DNA of 64,000 nucleotides from Chloroflexota bacterium (GTDB lineage Bacteria; Chloroflexota; Dehalococcoidia; Lucifugimonadales; JADFKI01): NCBI GenBank assembly GCA_027623195.1, contig JAQBUT010000005.1, positions 78,233 to 142,232 of the forward strand, read 5' to 3'. Shown piece by piece: positions 63,290 to 64,000 of this stretch (position 1 is its first letter; each line of letters starts with the position of its first letter). The notes under the pieces were generated by a model. It saw only the letters and a program-made list of their open reading frames with translations, ran no database searches and was not told where the DNA came from. The position numbers and the translations under genes were made by a program.

Positions 63290-63659
63290 GGTACACCTAT
63301 GTCCCGGAAGGTGAACATCCCGCCAAAGAGGCTCAGCAGGCGTTAGGAATGCAGCACAACGTGTTCAATAACGAATCAAGGTACACCGCACCTGTCGCAC
63401 CCGTAATTTCCAATGCGTGACATGCTCACAAGCCCGGCATTATCTGCATTACGTCCGGGCTTAGCTTCTTAGAGACACAGACTGCCGGCACATAGAAATG
63501 GGCTGCGGTAGTCTAATCCTCGCGGCCGTTGGCAAATAAGGCAACATTTCGAAATTGGGAACGCCCAAAGAGAAGCCCCAAGTACAAAGGTCAATAGAGA
63601 TTAACCTCTTACTCTCTCACGAACAGCCTGCGTGTACTCCACACCAAAAGGATTAGAGC

Positions 63660-64000
63660 CTAATTGACAATGAGCGTGTTGCTGACGCCGCCAGCGGTCG
63701 TAACAAAGACATTGGACTCTGCACCACTCGGTATAGTCACATTCATTCTCGTCGCGAGGCTGTATACGTCAATGATAGCGCCCAATACCGAGGGGTCGAT
63801 AAGTGGAACGGACCCGAAGTTCACCGTAATGTCGCCCTCGACAAACCCGCTACCTACCAGGTTAAGGTTTGAACCTGTCGTAAACGATGACAAACTGAAC
63901 GACGTTAGCCGCGGCACGATCTGCAGGAAGAATTGAGGTGGTATCGGTTTTTTAGACAGGTAGCTAAGAGAGAGTCCCGCTCCTAAAATGACAGAAATAA
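63660..64000 (-). CDS. 3' part of an IPT/TIG-like domain protein (5' end beyond the right edge)
   Basis: Frame open to the edge: ISVILGAGLSLSYLSKK...LQIVPRLTSF...GSGFVEG...VTTAGGVSN. Confidence 0.5.
   Translation of the reverse strand, partial: ISVILGAGLSLSYLSKKPIPPQFFLQIVPRLTSFSLSSFTTGSNLNLVGSGFVEGDITVNFGSVPLIDPSVLGAIIDVYSLATRMNVTIPSGAESNVFVTTAGGVSNTLIVN

Overview
Bacterial chromosome segment that looks like Chloroflexota (Dehalococcoidia/SAR202-like). This is inferred from four luciferase-like monooxygenases, three class III CoA-transferases, an MR/MLE enolase, a large-type SRP RNA and MEP-pathway ispE. Housekeeping and repair genes are ogg, dinG, acs, ispE, rsmA, ffs, lepA, ada, a ycaQ-like gene, a DEAD-box helicase, tRNA-Pro(GGG) and tRNA-Leu(TAG). 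They are interspersed with catabolic genes, two signalling loci and an alphaproteobacterial-looking urease cluster (ureDABCFG, no ureE). Most notable: (1) a three-gene locus at 13.7-16.5 kb, with a signal-peptide-less M6 metalloprotease carrying a ~72-aa C-terminal domain, a stand-alone ~50%-identical copy of that domain (AB5-toxin B-subunit/OB-fold-like pattern) and an acidic protein with ten ~21-aa PxxLExLxAM repeats; (2) a multi-stem, kissing-loop 5'-leader RNA before the DEAD-box helicase; (3) a probable UGA-recoded glutaredoxin-like selenoprotein; (4) a two-component system whose sensor shares a domain with its neighbouring acidic secreted protein, with matching 11-bp-periodic boxes at both promoters; (5) a coiled-coil lipoprotein bearing an S26B peptidase domain; (6) an integrase relic beside tRNA-Pro. 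Several accessory genes carry single-base lesions while core genes are intact. All calls come from reading motifs by eye; no database searches were run.
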